Of a stretch of 64,000 nt of DNA, positions 9,931 through 19,690 are shown one piece after another (the first letter of the stretch is position 1; the number at the start of each line of letters is the position of its first letter). Source of the stretch: Bacteroidota bacterium (lineage in GTDB: Bacteria > Bacteroidota > Ignavibacteria > UBA10030); the NCBI GenBank assembly GCA_035559595.1, contig DATMBF010000028.1, positions 23,864 through 87,863 on the forward strand, read 5' to 3'. Made by a program: the position numbers and the translations under genes. The notes beneath the pieces were generated by a model. The model was not told the origin of the DNA. It worked only from the letters and a program-made list of their open reading frames with translations, and searched no databases.

Positions 9931-11754
9931 TTAAGCCACTTCTTCGACAAACTGGAGGGCATAAAGACGCTTATAGAGGCCGCTCTCCTTCTTCAGAAGT
10001 TCTTCATGCGTCCCCTGCTCAATGATTGAGCCGGCCTCCAGCACGAAAATTCTGTCACATTTATAGACTGTCGACAGCCGATGCGCAATGATGAATGATG
10101 TCCGCCCCTGCATCAATCGCTCCAATGCATCCTTTACCATGAGTTCCGACTCACTATCCAGCGCAGAAGTCGCCTCATCGAGCAGAAGAATCCTGGGGTT
10201 CCTGAGAAGTGCTCGTGCGATGGCGATTCGTTGCCTCTGGCCACCCGAGAGCTGAATTCCTCGCTCGCCGACCTCCGTTTGATACCCCTGCTCCAGTCGC
10301 TCGATAAACGATTGGGCATTCGCTGCCTTTGCAGCTGCAACGATCTCCTCCTTTGTTGCCTCCAGTCGTCCATAACGGATGTTGTCTTCGATTGTCCCCG
10401 CAAAGAGCACTACCTCCTGCGGAACAATGGCAATCTGTGACCGGAGATCTACCAGACTCATCGACCGAATGTCCACGCCATCAATGAGGATTGAGCCTGA
10501 TGAAACCTCGTAGAATCGAGGGATTAAGTTGATGAGCGTCGTTTTGCCACTTCCACTGGGACCCACGAGGGCAACCTTCTCACCTGCCGTGACGCGAAAA
10601 CTAATATCACGCAAGGCTGACACCCTTCCATTGTAGGAAAAAGAGACGTTCCGGAATTCAACGCTCCCCTCCTGAATGACCGGTCTTTCACTTCGCATAC
10701 CGATTCTTTCTCTCTCCTGATCCAGCATTTCGAAGATCAGTCCTGCCGAAACAATGGTTTTCTGAATCCTTGCAAATCCTTCGCCCAACGCTTTCACAGG
10801 CTTTGCAAGAAACGTCATCAAGATCAAGAACCGGATCATCATCTCGATTGTCATCGATCCGCTCACGAAGAAGTATGCGGTAAAGATGATAAGCATCGCA
10901 GTGACCGTAGTATTAAACACCTCGTTTGTTGGCACCAGAAGGGCGATGGTTCTTGCGATCTTCAGCGAGTAATGATAGTTGGCATCAACCTTCTTTTTGA
11001 AAGACGAGCGCTCGTGCTCTTCACGAGTAAAGGATTTCACAACTCGAATCGCGGCTATCCTCTCCTGCAAGAATGAGGATATCTCCGCCAGTGTGTTGGT
11101 GAATTCCTTGCTGAAGGATCGAATCTTATCTCCAAACCTCCGGGAAATGGCGCCCGAAATAGCGAAAACGAGGATGGTGAAAATCGTGAGCTGCCAGTTC
11201 GTGTAGAACAACGCCGTCGCAAAGATGATCGCATAGACAATGTTTTGAGAGATTTCGATCATCGAATAGAGCGATTGGTCGAGTGCATTGACGTCGTTAG
11301 TAATACGCGACATGATTCTTCCCGTCTTATGTTCATCGAAGTACCGGACGGGAAAGACCAGCACCGCATCGAAGAGATCGATCCGAAATCGCATGAGAAT
11401 CTTCTGCTGAACGGTGGCCATGAGATACTCGCGCAGGTACATAAAGACGACCTTCACGAGAATAATCGCAACCATCGTCAACGCGAAAATAACGATCAGC
11501 CGGAAGCTCTCATCCCTCCCTCGAATGGAGAGGGAATAGAGAGTGGACCCGAAAATGTCGATCGGTACATCAACGGAAATCTCGCGACCCATCCGAACGA
11601 GGTCGCCAATGCGTTGCAGAACGTCGAAGAACCGTGCTACGAGGAACGCAGAGAGTGTGTCAGAAAGGCTCATCATGGCGACGCAGGTGAGACCAGTGAT
11701 GATCCGCCATTTGTAAATGAGGAAGTATTTCAGGAGCCTCAGGAACGTGGCCAT
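9931..11754 (-). CDS. msbA: ABC transporter ATP-binding/permease, MsbA-like lipid A/LPS flippase
   Basis: 607-aa fused TMD-NBD protein with Walker A GPSGSGKTT, ABC signature LSGGQRQRIAIARAL and Walker B ILLLDEATSALD. It is adjacent to the LPS core transferases. Confidence 0.7.
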   Translation of the reverse strand: MATFLRLLKYFLIYKWRIITGLTCVAMMSLSDTLSAFLVARFFDVLQRIGDLVRMGREISVDVPIDIFGSTLYSLSIRGRDESFRLIVIFALTMVAIILVKVVFMYLREYLMATVQQKILMRFRIDLFDAVLVFPVRYFDEHKTGRIMSRITNDVNALDQSLYSMIEISQNIVYAIIFATALFYTNWQLTIFTILVFAISGAISRRFGDKIRSFSKEFTNTLAEISSFLQERIAAIRVVKSFTREEHERSSFKKKVDANYHYSLKIARTIALLVPTNEVFNTTVTAMLIIFTAYFFVSGSMTIEMMIRFLILMTFLAKPVKALGEGFARIQKTIVSAGLIFEMLDQERERIGMRSERPVIQEGSVEFRNVSFSYNGRVSALRDISFRVTAGEKVALVGPSGSGKTTLINLIPRFYEVSSGSILIDGVDIRSMSLVDLRSQIAIVPQEVVLFAGTIEDNIRYGRLEATKEEIVAAAKAANAQSFIERLEQGYQTEVGERGIQLSGGQRQRIAIARALLRNPRILLLDEATSALDSESELMVKDALERLMQGRTSFIIAHRLSTVYKCDRIFVLEAGSIIEQGTHEELLKKESGLYKRLYALQFVEEVA

Positions 11755-11825
11755 GGTGTGATCGAACCTACAGTTTTTTTAGGGGATATTCAATTCAGCA
11801 ATAAGGCAAGGAAACTCTGGGAGAA

Positions 11826-12152
11826 CTATGTCGCGGTGGCGGTATTGCGGCAGGAAGCACATTCACACAGACTTCGCAGGCGTTCCCACGTGTAGATGCC
11901 GGTCTGATGCCCATCTCCCCACACAAGCTTCAGTGCATATGCGCCAACCTGTTCCGCACCCGTGAGTTGATATTTTCCTGGAAGCTCCGGCTGGGGTGCG
12001 GGCTTATAGGTTTTGAAGAGAATTGTTTCTCCCTGACACCCTGCGCACGGGCAATTGTCACGGAGAGTACGCAAAGAGATGACGCTCTGGTGATGATCAT
12101 CCCACGCGACGGTGAGGGTTTTGTCTTTCAAAGCAATGTGTTGCGCAATCAT
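11826..12152 (-). CDS. DUF971 (gamma-butyrobetaine hydroxylase-like N-terminal domain) protein
   Basis: Conserved DUF971 pattern with the Cys cluster CPCAGCQGE ... CECASC. The track ORF extends upstream through a TTG start across tRNA-Ala. I trimmed it to the internal ATG (MIAQHIALKDK). Confidence 0.55.
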   Translation of the reverse strand: MIAQHIALKDKTLTVAWDDHHQSVISLRTLRDNCPCAGCQGETILFKTYKPAPQPELPGKYQLTGAEQVGAYALKLVWGDGHQTGIYTWERLRSLCECASCRNTATAT

Positions 12153-12224
12153 TGAGAACAAGTAGAAACGAAAAAGGACAATCTCACGATTGTCCTCGCC
12201 GTGGTCCGTGCCCGATTTCTTCCG

Positions 12225-12298
12225 TGGACCGTACCGGGGTCGAACCGGTGACCTCCACAATGCCATTGTGGCGCTCTCCCAAACTGAGCTAACGGCCC
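12225..12298 (-). tRNA. tRNA-Ala (anticodon GGC)
   Basis: The 74-nt sequence GGGCCGTTAGCTCAGTTTGGGAGAGCGCCACAATGGCATTGTGGAGGTCACCGGTTCGACCCCGGTACGGTCCA folds as a cloverleaf. The T-loop TTCGACC is present, the anticodon stem CCACA/TGTGG flanks the loop AT-GGC-AT, and the G3:U70 alanine identity pair is present. No CCA is encoded. Coordinates are accurate to about 1 nt. Confidence 0.85.
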
Positions 12299-12385
12299 GA
12301 AGCGGCAATCAATATACCGAAACATGCAAGGAAAGTCAATGAATGCTGTTGCTCGGCTCCAATCCTTTTCATATGTTTTTGAGGT

Positions 12386-12787
12386 ATGAAGATTTCCCTC
12401 GCTTCAATGATCTTTCTGTTGCTCTTTTGGACTTCCTGTAAAGAGGAGAACCCTCTAAAGGACGAAGTGTCGAATATTGTCTTTCCAGATTCGGGAGTCA
12501 GCTATGCCCGCTACGTTGAACCCCTCTTTCAGCAGCAATGTGCGTTTTCCGGATGCCACGGCGGTTCCCAACCCCCCTCCGGTTTGAATCTTACGACCCC
12601 CTCGTACAATAATCTCCTCAATCACCAACCGCGGTTGGTCACTCCTGGCGAACCCGACAACAGTCTTCTCATCCAGCGTCTTGATGGAAGAGTTTCGCCC
12701 CAAATGCCTCTCAACAGAACTCCTTTGACGGCGAACCAGTTGAAGGGAATCAGAAAATGGATTGAGGAAGGGGCGCTGAACAACTAA
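12386..12787 (+). CDS. small lipoprotein with a PSCyt1-like (planctomycete-type cytochrome c) domain carrying a C-X4-C-H motif
   Basis: The signal peptide plus lipobox (LLLFWTSC) is followed by CAFSGCHGG...GLNL...PGEPDNSLLIQRL...QMP...L...IRKWIEEGA. This matches the PSCyt1 domain outline, but with CX4CH where CXXCH is expected. Confidence 0.55.
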   Translation: MKISLASMIFLLLFWTSCKEENPLKDEVSNIVFPDSGVSYARYVEPLFQQQCAFSGCHGGSQPPSGLNLTTPSYNNLLNHQPRLVTPGEPDNSLLIQRLDGRVSPQMPLNRTPLTANQLKGIRKWIEEGALNN

Positions 12788-13674
12788 GCGCCTTTGCGTC
12801 GGCGAACATCCCTCCCCCAGTTCAGCTTCTGCCGGAGAAGGTCATAATATGTCGTGGTTGGCCGTTTCACCAATTGTGTGGTAAACGAAGCCCGTTTAAC
12901 CGATACCTCTGCGGGCACAGAGAGGAGTTTCCCCAATTGACCGTCGGCAGTAAGATGGACTTTCTTGTATCCCTCCACAACCCGCAATCTTATTGTCGAA
13001 TGGTCTGGCACGATGACGGGTCGAGCGGTGAGGGTGTGCGGGCAGATCGGACTAATCGTTATTGTTCTGTTGCTTGGCGTGATGATGGGTCCCCCGTTTG
13101 CCAACGCATATCCCGTCGAGCCCGTTGGTGTCGAAATGATGATTCCGTCCCCCGTGAACGTGGCAAGATATTCGTCATTCACATGGGCTTCGATGTCAAT
13201 AACGCGAGATGATCCGGCTTTGTCGAGAACAACATCGTTGAGCGCCACGAGGGGATTCCTCAACGCTCGCGTTCTTGCTTCCAGCAACGTTCGTTCCTGA
13301 AGGAAATATTTCCCGTTGAAAATGTCGGTCAAACACTCATCGATCTCGTTAACCGACACCTCGGCAAGAAATCCCAGTTTTCCAAGGTTGACGCCGAGGA
13401 TCGGCGTACGCCGGTCACCGACCAGACGCGCCATTCTCAGTATCGTCCCGTCGCCACCGAGGGCAATAAGCATCTCGCAAACCGACGGGAGCTTTTGTTC
13501 TGACGCAACCTTCACTCTTCTTCTCAGCCGTGCAAAAAATCCTTTACGGAGTCGCTTCGCCAGTCCGTCATGGAGAACGTACGGAACTCGCTCCGATTCG
13601 AGACGACGGATGATCTTCGTGGCGACCTCAGAGATCGCTTGTTTCTCCAAATTGCCGATAATACCGAAGGTCAC
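12784..13674 (-). CDS. nadK: NAD(+) kinase
   Basis: The GGDGT motif (LIALGGDGTILRMARLV) and NLGKLGFLAEV are NadK/PpnK signatures. The ORF is 296 aa. Confidence 0.85.
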   Translation of the reverse strand: MTFGIIGNLEKQAISEVATKIIRRLESERVPYVLHDGLAKRLRKGFFARLRRRVKVASEQKLPSVCEMLIALGGDGTILRMARLVGDRRTPILGVNLGKLGFLAEVSVNEIDECLTDIFNGKYFLQERTLLEARTRALRNPLVALNDVVLDKAGSSRVIDIEAHVNDEYLATFTGDGIIISTPTGSTGYALANGGPIITPSNRTITISPICPHTLTARPVIVPDHSTIRLRVVEGYKKVHLTADGQLGKLLSVPAEVSVKRASFTTQLVKRPTTTYYDLLRQKLNWGRDVRRRKGA

Positions 13675-13976
13675 GACGGTTCTTTCTTTTCGTTGCTCGA
13701 TTTCGCCATCTGTGACTTATCCACTTCTTCCACATAATTCAACTTAAGTTCCTGGAGGGTAGTGTTGAGGAGTCGTTCTTCTTCGGCAGAAAGATTTCCT
13801 TTTGTTTTTAGTCTCAACATGTCGAGCATATCGATCGACATCTGGGCTTGCTCGAGGTTCTGCTCGACCTTATCGGTTATCGGGTTTTTTACTTTGCCCA
13901 ATTGCTGCATGGCAGCTGCGTGAAACATCAGAACAAGACTGCTGAACAGTACTTTCTGGCGATCTTCATGATTCAT
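13671..13976 (-). CDS. DUF1844 domain protein
   Basis: LFSSLVLMFHAAAMQQLGKVKNPITDKVEQNLEQAQMSIDMLDML matches the DUF1844 conserved core. It overlaps nadK by 4 nt. Confidence 0.7.
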   Translation of the reverse strand: MNHEDRQKVLFSSLVLMFHAAAMQQLGKVKNPITDKVEQNLEQAQMSIDMLDMLRLKTKGNLSAEEERLLNTTLQELKLNYVEEVDKSQMAKSSNEKKEPS

Positions 13977-13980
13977 ACTC

Positions 13981-14772
13981 TCATCCTCGGCTCTTGGTGT
14001 GTTTCAGTTCCCACAGCTTAGCGTATTTTGTAAAAACATAACAGGAGGATAATACACAGAGCACGAAGCCTTGAAATCCATCAAAGAACCCACGTTTGAG
14101 AAAATACATGCGAAAAAAAGTCCAGGCAGGTCTGAGAAGAATATCATACACGTGGAATTGCCTTCCCCGGTCATCCAGCTCTTCCGCTGCCAACGATGTA
14201 TACCGGTTGAATTTCTGAAAATAGTGTTCGAGATTCGGGTCCGTGTAGTGCAAAAGGTCCCCATTGAGGTGACCGATCGATCCGCGCACCACAAGTTGCT
14301 CGTGGACTTTACTCGTCGTAAACGATCCATATCCGCGTCGGAATAGTCTTATGACTCGACCGGGATACCATCCACAGTGACGAATCCACTTACCCAAAAA
14401 GATTGCCTTGCGTGGTATGTCGTACGCCACATAGGGCGAGAGTTTCTCTGACACGAGACGCTCAATCTCGTTCCTCAGTTCATCCGTTACCCGCTCGTCT
14501 GCATCCAGCCAGAGAACCCACTCATTCTTCACCTTCGAAAGCGCAAAGTTCTTTGCTTCGCCGAATCCATCCCAAGGTCTCACGAAAATGTCCTTCGTAA
14601 AGCGTTTTGCAAGCTTTACTGTCTGATCGGTACTCTTCGCATCGACCAGGATGATTTGCTTCGCCCACCGCACTGACTGAAGGCATTCGACAATATTCCT
14701 CTCCTCGTTCTTCGTGAGCACAATGATGCTCACGGGCAAAAGTGACTGACGTCGGCTATGAGGCGAGGACAA
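13981..14772 (-). CDS. GT2 family glycosyltransferase (LPS core / KdtX-WaaE-like)
   Basis: [20 protein letters not shown] ... LWLDADERV is the GT-A fold with its DxD-like motif. The ORF is 263 aa and overlaps the leuS stop. Confidence 0.75.
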   Translation of the reverse strand: MSSPHSRRQSLLPVSIIVLTKNEERNIVECLQSVRWAKQIILVDAKSTDQTVKLAKRFTKDIFVRPWDGFGEAKNFALSKVKNEWVLWLDADERVTDELRNEIERLVSEKLSPYVAYDIPRKAIFLGKWIRHCGWYPGRVIRLFRRGYGSFTTSKVHEQLVVRGSIGHLNGDLLHYTDPNLEHYFQKFNRYTSLAAEELDDRGRQFHVYDILLRPAWTFFRMYFLKRGFFDGFQGFVLCVLSSCYVFTKYAKLWELKHTKSRG

Positions 14773-17326
14773 TGTTCACCAACTTATTTTTGACCACAAT
14801 GGTTCGCGCAATCTTCTTTCCATCGAGGTAGCGTTTCACGTTTGCATCGTTCAGCGCAAGTTTTTCCAAGTCATGCTCCACCGTATTGAAAGGAACTTGC
14901 ACCTTCGAGCGTACCTTCCCGTTGACTTGAAGAACGACCTCAACCTTTGCTTCCAAGGTTTTCGCCGGATCGTACGCCGGCCATGGCTCATAGGCTAACG
15001 TTTCCTTATGGCCGAGTCGTTGCCACAACTCCTCCGCAATGTGCGGAGCAAACGGTGCTACAAGCAGGACAAGTTTCTCCATGATCGCACGCGGCCGAAC
15101 AGACAATTTTGTTGCCTCGTTGACAAAAATCATAAGCTGTGAAATTGCCGTGTTGAATCTCAAACTTTCAATATCCTCGCCGACTTTCTTGACGGTTTGA
15201 TGGAACAGACGTTCGAACTCCTCAGTTGCTGGAGTATCTTGAATCGGTGGTTCTCCCCCATCTTCTGGCACATAAAGGCGCCAGAGCCGATTCAAGAACC
15301 GATGAACTCCCTCGACACCGCGGGTACTCCACGGCTTCATCTCCTCGAGTGGCCCCATGAACATCTCGAACAACCGCATCGAATCGGCACCGTACGTTTT
15401 GACCACGTCATCGGGATTTATGACATTCCCGCGGGACTTTGACATCTTTCGGGAATCTTCCCCGAGGATGATTCCCTGGTGCACCAGCTTCGTGAACGGC
15501 TCTTTTGTGCTCACGTAGCCAAGATCAAACAAGACCTTGTGCCAGAAGCGAGCGTACATCAGATGAAGTACAGCATGCTCTGCTCCACCGACATACAGGT
15601 CGACCGGCATCCAGCGGCGTTCTTTTTCAGGGTCGCAGAACATCGTGTCGTTCTTGGAGTCGATGTAGCGCAGGTAGTACCAGCAAGATCCGGCCCATTG
15701 CGGCATGGTGTTCGTCTCGCGGCGACCCTTGAGACCTGTTTCGGGATCAACGACGTTCAACCATTCCGTTGCGAGGGCGAGCGGGGATTCTGTTGTTCCA
15801 CTGGGCTGAAATGTTTGGAGATCGGGAAGAACAAGTGGCAATTCCCGTTCATCGAGGGCCTTCATCGTCCCGTCTTCGAGATGAATAATCGGGATCGGCT
15901 CTCCCCAGTAGCGCTGTCGCGAAAAAAGCCAATCACGGAGCTTGTATTGAACCGCAGCTTTACCGATTCCGTTCTTTTCCAGCCAATCGATGATCTTCCG
16001 TTTTGCCTCTTCAACAAACAGTCCATTGAGAAAGTCACTATTGATTGCCGGACCGTCTCCCAGATACCATTTCCCCTGGAAGTCCGAAGGAGGCTGAACG
16101 GTACGCACGATGGGCAGGTGATACTTCTCCGCAAACTCCCAATCCCTCTCGTCTTGTCCCGGCACGGCCATGATCGCTCCTGTTCCGTAACCCATCATCA
16201 CGTAGTCCGCAATCCAGATAGGGATTTCTTTCTTCGTCGCCGGATTCAGAGCAAACGAGCCGGTAAAAACGCCGGTCTTCTCTTTTTCCAATCCGCGCTC
16301 GAGATCGGTCTTCAATGTTGCACGAGCTTTATACTCTTCCACAGCCTTTTTTTGACTTTCCTTCGTAAGAGACGGAACCAATGGATGCTCCGGTGCAAGC
16401 ACCATATAGGTGGCTCCGAAAATCGTATCAGGCCGAGTTGTGAAGACACGGATCTTCTGCGATGCACCCACAAGAGGGAAATCTACCTCGGCGCCCTCGG
16501 ATTTCCCGATCCAATTTCGTTGCTGTTCGAGAGTCGATACCGGCCAATCCAAATCCTTTGCATCTTCGAGGAGTCTTTCCGCGTACGCCGTAATTCGCAT
16601 CATCCATTGGCGCATAGGTCGCCGCTCGACGACGTATCCCTTCTCTGTCCACTCGGCAACTTCCTCGTTCGCTAAGACTGTTCCCAGTTGCTCACACCAG
16701 TTCACCGGAACCTCTGCGACGTACGCAAGCCGGAACTGCGCAAGAATATCGTGCTTTTCCTTCCTGCTCTTCTTCTGCCATTCCTCGGCAGTAAAGGATG
16801 GCTGGAATGAGAGTCGTGATGTTCCAACCGATGCGAACTCTTCTTCAAGGGTTTTTATCGGTCGAGCTTTTTTGATCCTGGGATCGTACCACGAATTGTA
16901 GATCTTCAGAAAAATCCATTGCGTCCATCGGTAATACGTGGGATCCGTCGTATTAATCTCTCTCGACCAGTCATAGCTCAGGCCGAGCATTTTGATTTGT
17001 CGGCGGAAGGTAGCAATATTGTTTTCTGTCGTAACCCGCGGGTGAATGCCCGTCTGCATCGCATAACGCTCGGCAGGGAGCCCAAACGCATCCCATCCCA
17101 TGGGATGAAGAACATTGAAGCCTTTCATCCGCTTGTATCGTGCAAGAATATCCGTCGCGGTGTATCCCTCCGGATGACCGACATGCAGTCCAGCCCCACT
17201 CGGATACGGGAACATGTCAAGAATGTAGATCTTCGGTTTGGAGGATGAATCAGGAGTCTCGAAGGTACGATGCTTTTCCCAATAGGTTTGCCACTTGGGC
17301 TCGATTTCGGAAAACTGGTACTTCAT
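14756..17326 (-). CDS. leuS: leucine--tRNA ligase
   Basis: 856 aa. [17 protein letters not shown] is the HIGH region and KMSKSRGNV the KMSKS motif, with LeuS-wide similarity throughout. Confidence 0.95.
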   Translation of the reverse strand: MKYQFSEIEPKWQTYWEKHRTFETPDSSSKPKIYILDMFPYPSGAGLHVGHPEGYTATDILARYKRMKGFNVLHPMGWDAFGLPAERYAMQTGIHPRVTTENNIATFRRQIKMLGLSYDWSREINTTDPTYYRWTQWIFLKIYNSWYDPRIKKARPIKTLEEEFASVGTSRLSFQPSFTAEEWQKKSRKEKHDILAQFRLAYVAEVPVNWCEQLGTVLANEEVAEWTEKGYVVERRPMRQWMMRITAYAERLLEDAKDLDWPVSTLEQQRNWIGKSEGAEVDFPLVGASQKIRVFTTRPDTIFGATYMVLAPEHPLVPSLTKESQKKAVEEYKARATLKTDLERGLEKEKTGVFTGSFALNPATKKEIPIWIADYVMMGYGTGAIMAVPGQDERDWEFAEKYHLPIVRTVQPPSDFQGKWYLGDGPAINSDFLNGLFVEEAKRKIIDWLEKNGIGKAAVQYKLRDWLFSRQRYWGEPIPIIHLEDGTMKALDERELPLVLPDLQTFQPSGTTESPLALATEWLNVVDPETGLKGRRETNTMPQWAGSCWYYLRYIDSKNDTMFCDPEKERRWMPVDLYVGGAEHAVLHLMYARFWHKVLFDLGYVSTKEPFTKLVHQGIILGEDSRKMSKSRGNVINPDDVVKTYGADSMRLFEMFMGPLEEMKPWSTRGVEGVHRFLNRLWRLYVPEDGGEPPIQDTPATEEFERLFHQTVKKVGEDIESLRFNTAISQLMIFVNEATKLSVRPRAIMEKLVLLVAPFAPHIAEELWQRLGHKETLAYEPWPAYDPAKTLEAKVEVVLQVNGKVRSKVQVPFNTVEHDLEKLALNDANVKRYLDGKKIARTIVVKNKLVNIVLAS

Positions 17327-17419
17327 GAAGTCCTTTCATGACAACATGTTACAACGCTGAACCTCGTATTGGATTGTCTAATGTAGCAATAAGCCGAGGG
17401 AAATTCAATGAGAGAGCGG

Positions 17420-19147
17420 CTACAACGCGCGGAGGGCAAGCATGGTAATATCATCCGACTGCGGAGTCCCTTGTGTATGCGCGTCGACTGCAGCCTGAAC
17501 ACCGCTGATAACTTCAGCGGGAGACTTTCCACGAAGCCCTGAAAGTACTTCGATCAATCGCTCCTCGGTAAAGTCGACTTCCTGCGCGTTCATTGCCTCG
17601 CTAACACCGTCGGTGAACAAGAAAAGCAGGTCACCGGGATTGATCGTCAGCGTCCCTTCGTTGTACAGTGTCATGGTTTTGAGCATACCAAGGATCATCC
17701 CGCCAATCTCAAGTCGTTCAATGGTTCCGTTTGCCCGGAGTACGATCGGAGGATTATGGCCGGCATTCACGTAACAGAACTGGCGCGATGTCGTATTGAG
17801 GACACCCCAGAAAAATGTTATGAACCGTCCCTGAGTTGTACTGCCGCAGGTAAGGTCATTAATTCGCGCAGTTGCTTCCGCCAGGGGCAAGTTCATGGTG
17901 GTCAAAGCGCGCATGGCCGCTTGCACGTTAGCCATAAGCAGCGAAGCCGGCATGCCTTTTCCGGAAACATCTCCGATTGCAATCACGTAGTCGGTTTCTG
18001 AACGCTGTACGACATCGTAGTAATCTCCGCCGACTTGCTTTGAGGTAACGTTGACTGCCGACACCTCGAAGCCAGGAATACTGGGCAAGGTTCGTGGAAG
18101 GAGCCCTTGCTGGATCTCACGCGCAATAGCGAGCTCATCTTCCATCTTCTGTTTCTCGATCGCTTCCTGGAACAGTCTTGCATTCTCGATGGAGATACAC
18201 GCCAGGCTTCCGAGAGCATAAAGAAATTCAAGATCACTACGTTCGTAGCTTCCCCCCCGAAGTTTCTCCCCCAGGAAGATCATACCTTTGGTTTGATGTT
18301 GGATCCGGAGCGGAATTGCGACGGATAAGCCTGATTCGCGTAGTGACTTGATTACCGGTGCATATTTCTTTTTCTGTTCGAGGTCGCGAAGAAGAGTCCC
18401 ACCTTCCAGGTCAGCCAAACCTTCGATAATGGCTGAGAAGTCCAGAGAGACATCCCCTCGTGAGGCCACGACGGAGGGTTTTCCTCCCTGCTCGTAGCAA
18501 ATCACATAACGATTTACACCGACTTGTCCCAGGAGTGAAAACGTAAGTAGTCGGACCACGCGTTGTGCATCGAGCCCAACATTGAATTCTTTACTCAACT
18601 CGAAGAGTGTGTTCAATTCCTGATACTTCCGATCGAGGTTGCGATTTGATTCCTTCAGTTCCTCGATAAACATCGCCTTTTCTACTGCCGCGCCGGAAAG
18701 ATTCACCAATGATGCAATGAGTTTTTGTTCTGTAGCCGTATATTTCGCTCCATGCATTCTTTCCCCCAATCCGACAATTCCAACAACTTTGCGACGCGCG
18801 ATAACTGGAACAACAAACTGAATGCCTTCCCTTTTGAGGGCTTTCATCCACTCGCTGTCGGTGGATCGTTTCACGTTGAGCTGAATCGGTGTACGTACCG
18901 GCTTCTGGACTGTCATTCTGTGGCTGAGAGCAAGCCCCGGTATCCCCTTGACAACAACAACCTCAAACCAATCTCCCTCTCTGCGCAGAAGAATGACTCC
19001 CTTGGTAACCATCATTTTCCCCATCACCGTCAACATGAGCGTGTTGAGAATGAACGAGAGATCGAGCGACGAATTGACTAAGGTGCTGAACTCAAACAGC
19101 GGAAGTAAATCAGATTGAAGCTTTGAACGAGTTTGTGATGGACTCAT
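17420..19147 (-). CDS. GAF domain-containing PP2C (SpoIIE/RsbU-type) serine phosphatase
   Basis: An N-terminal GAF-like region is followed by a SpoIIE domain with GGDYYDV ... IGDVSGKGMPASLLMANVQ ... DGVSEA. Confidence 0.8.
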   Translation of the reverse strand: MSPSQTRSKLQSDLLPLFEFSTLVNSSLDLSFILNTLMLTVMGKMMVTKGVILLRREGDWFEVVVVKGIPGLALSHRMTVQKPVRTPIQLNVKRSTDSEWMKALKREGIQFVVPVIARRKVVGIVGLGERMHGAKYTATEQKLIASLVNLSGAAVEKAMFIEELKESNRNLDRKYQELNTLFELSKEFNVGLDAQRVVRLLTFSLLGQVGVNRYVICYEQGGKPSVVASRGDVSLDFSAIIEGLADLEGGTLLRDLEQKKKYAPVIKSLRESGLSVAIPLRIQHQTKGMIFLGEKLRGGSYERSDLEFLYALGSLACISIENARLFQEAIEKQKMEDELAIAREIQQGLLPRTLPSIPGFEVSAVNVTSKQVGGDYYDVVQRSETDYVIAIGDVSGKGMPASLLMANVQAAMRALTTMNLPLAEATARINDLTCGSTTQGRFITFFWGVLNTTSRQFCYVNAGHNPPIVLRANGTIERLEIGGMILGMLKTMTLYNEGTLTINPGDLLFLFTDGVSEAMNAQEVDFTEERLIEVLSGLRGKSPAEVISGVQAAVDAHTQGTPQSDDITMLALRAL

Positions 19148-19213
19148 GGTGGGATGGAAAAAGACATTGGAGCGAGCATCTCGCTGAGTTGCGGAAGTCT
19201 CAGTCGAGCGTTA

Positions 19214-19663
19214 TTACCGTGCTGCGCTCGTGGGATTCCGTTGAAGGAATTTCGTGAGGCGCACTTCGTTCTTTTTGCCGGGAACGAAGCGGTATTCGAC
19301 TTTATCCATCAATGTTTTCATCAGATACACGCCAAGACCACCCCGGCGGTATTCCGTGAGGTGTTGCTTAAGATTGGGAGGCTTAATGCTTTCCGGATTG
19401 AATGCCTTCCCTTCGTCGAGAACACGAATCTCAAAACTTCCACTCGCCGGGAGGATTTGAACGGTAATATCCTTATCCGGCGCGAAATTGTACGCATGCT
19501 TGATAACGTTTGTGCATGCTTCATCGACCGCGAGGACGATATCGGCAATCTCCTCGTCATTGAAACCAAACTCCCGAGCAGCATAAGAGACAAACTCTCT
19601 TACTTCATGGAGACGGTCAGTCCGGCTGGGAATCGTTTTTGTTAGTGTGTTTGCCATTCGCAA
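19214..19663 (-). CDS. anti-sigma regulatory factor, RsbW/SpoIIAB-type Ser/Thr kinase (HATPase_c_2)
   Basis: VDEACTNVIKHAY ... GGLGVYLMKTLMDKVEY is the GHKL ATPase-like kinase core. The likely start is MANTL at 19657. Confidence 0.75.
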   Translation of the reverse strand: MRMANTLTKTIPSRTDRLHEVREFVSYAAREFGFNDEEIADIVLAVDEACTNVIKHAYNFAPDKDITVQILPASGSFEIRVLDEGKAFNPESIKPPNLKQHLTEYRRGGLGVYLMKTLMDKVEYRFVPGKKNEVRLTKFLQRNPTSAAR

Positions 19664-19690
19664 GAGCGAGGGGGAAAGGCGAGCTTCGGC

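Noticed and set aside
11245-11895. 216-aa plus-strand ORF antisense to the MsbA-like gene
   Set aside because: Shadow ORF inside a strongly supported ABC transporter gene. Its composition is charged low-complexity.
12539-12559. Treating the C-X4-C-H motif as a definite heme c site
   Set aside because: There is no canonical CXXCH and I cannot run an HMM. The domain outline fits PSCyt1, but covalent heme binding is an inference, so it is reported as a finding rather than asserted in the annotation.
15479-16675. 398-aa plus-strand ORF antisense to leuS
   Set aside because: It lies entirely inside the well-supported leuS coding region on the opposite strand. Its composition is low-complexity and Arg-rich, typical of antisense frames in GC-balanced genes. 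It has no recognisable motifs.
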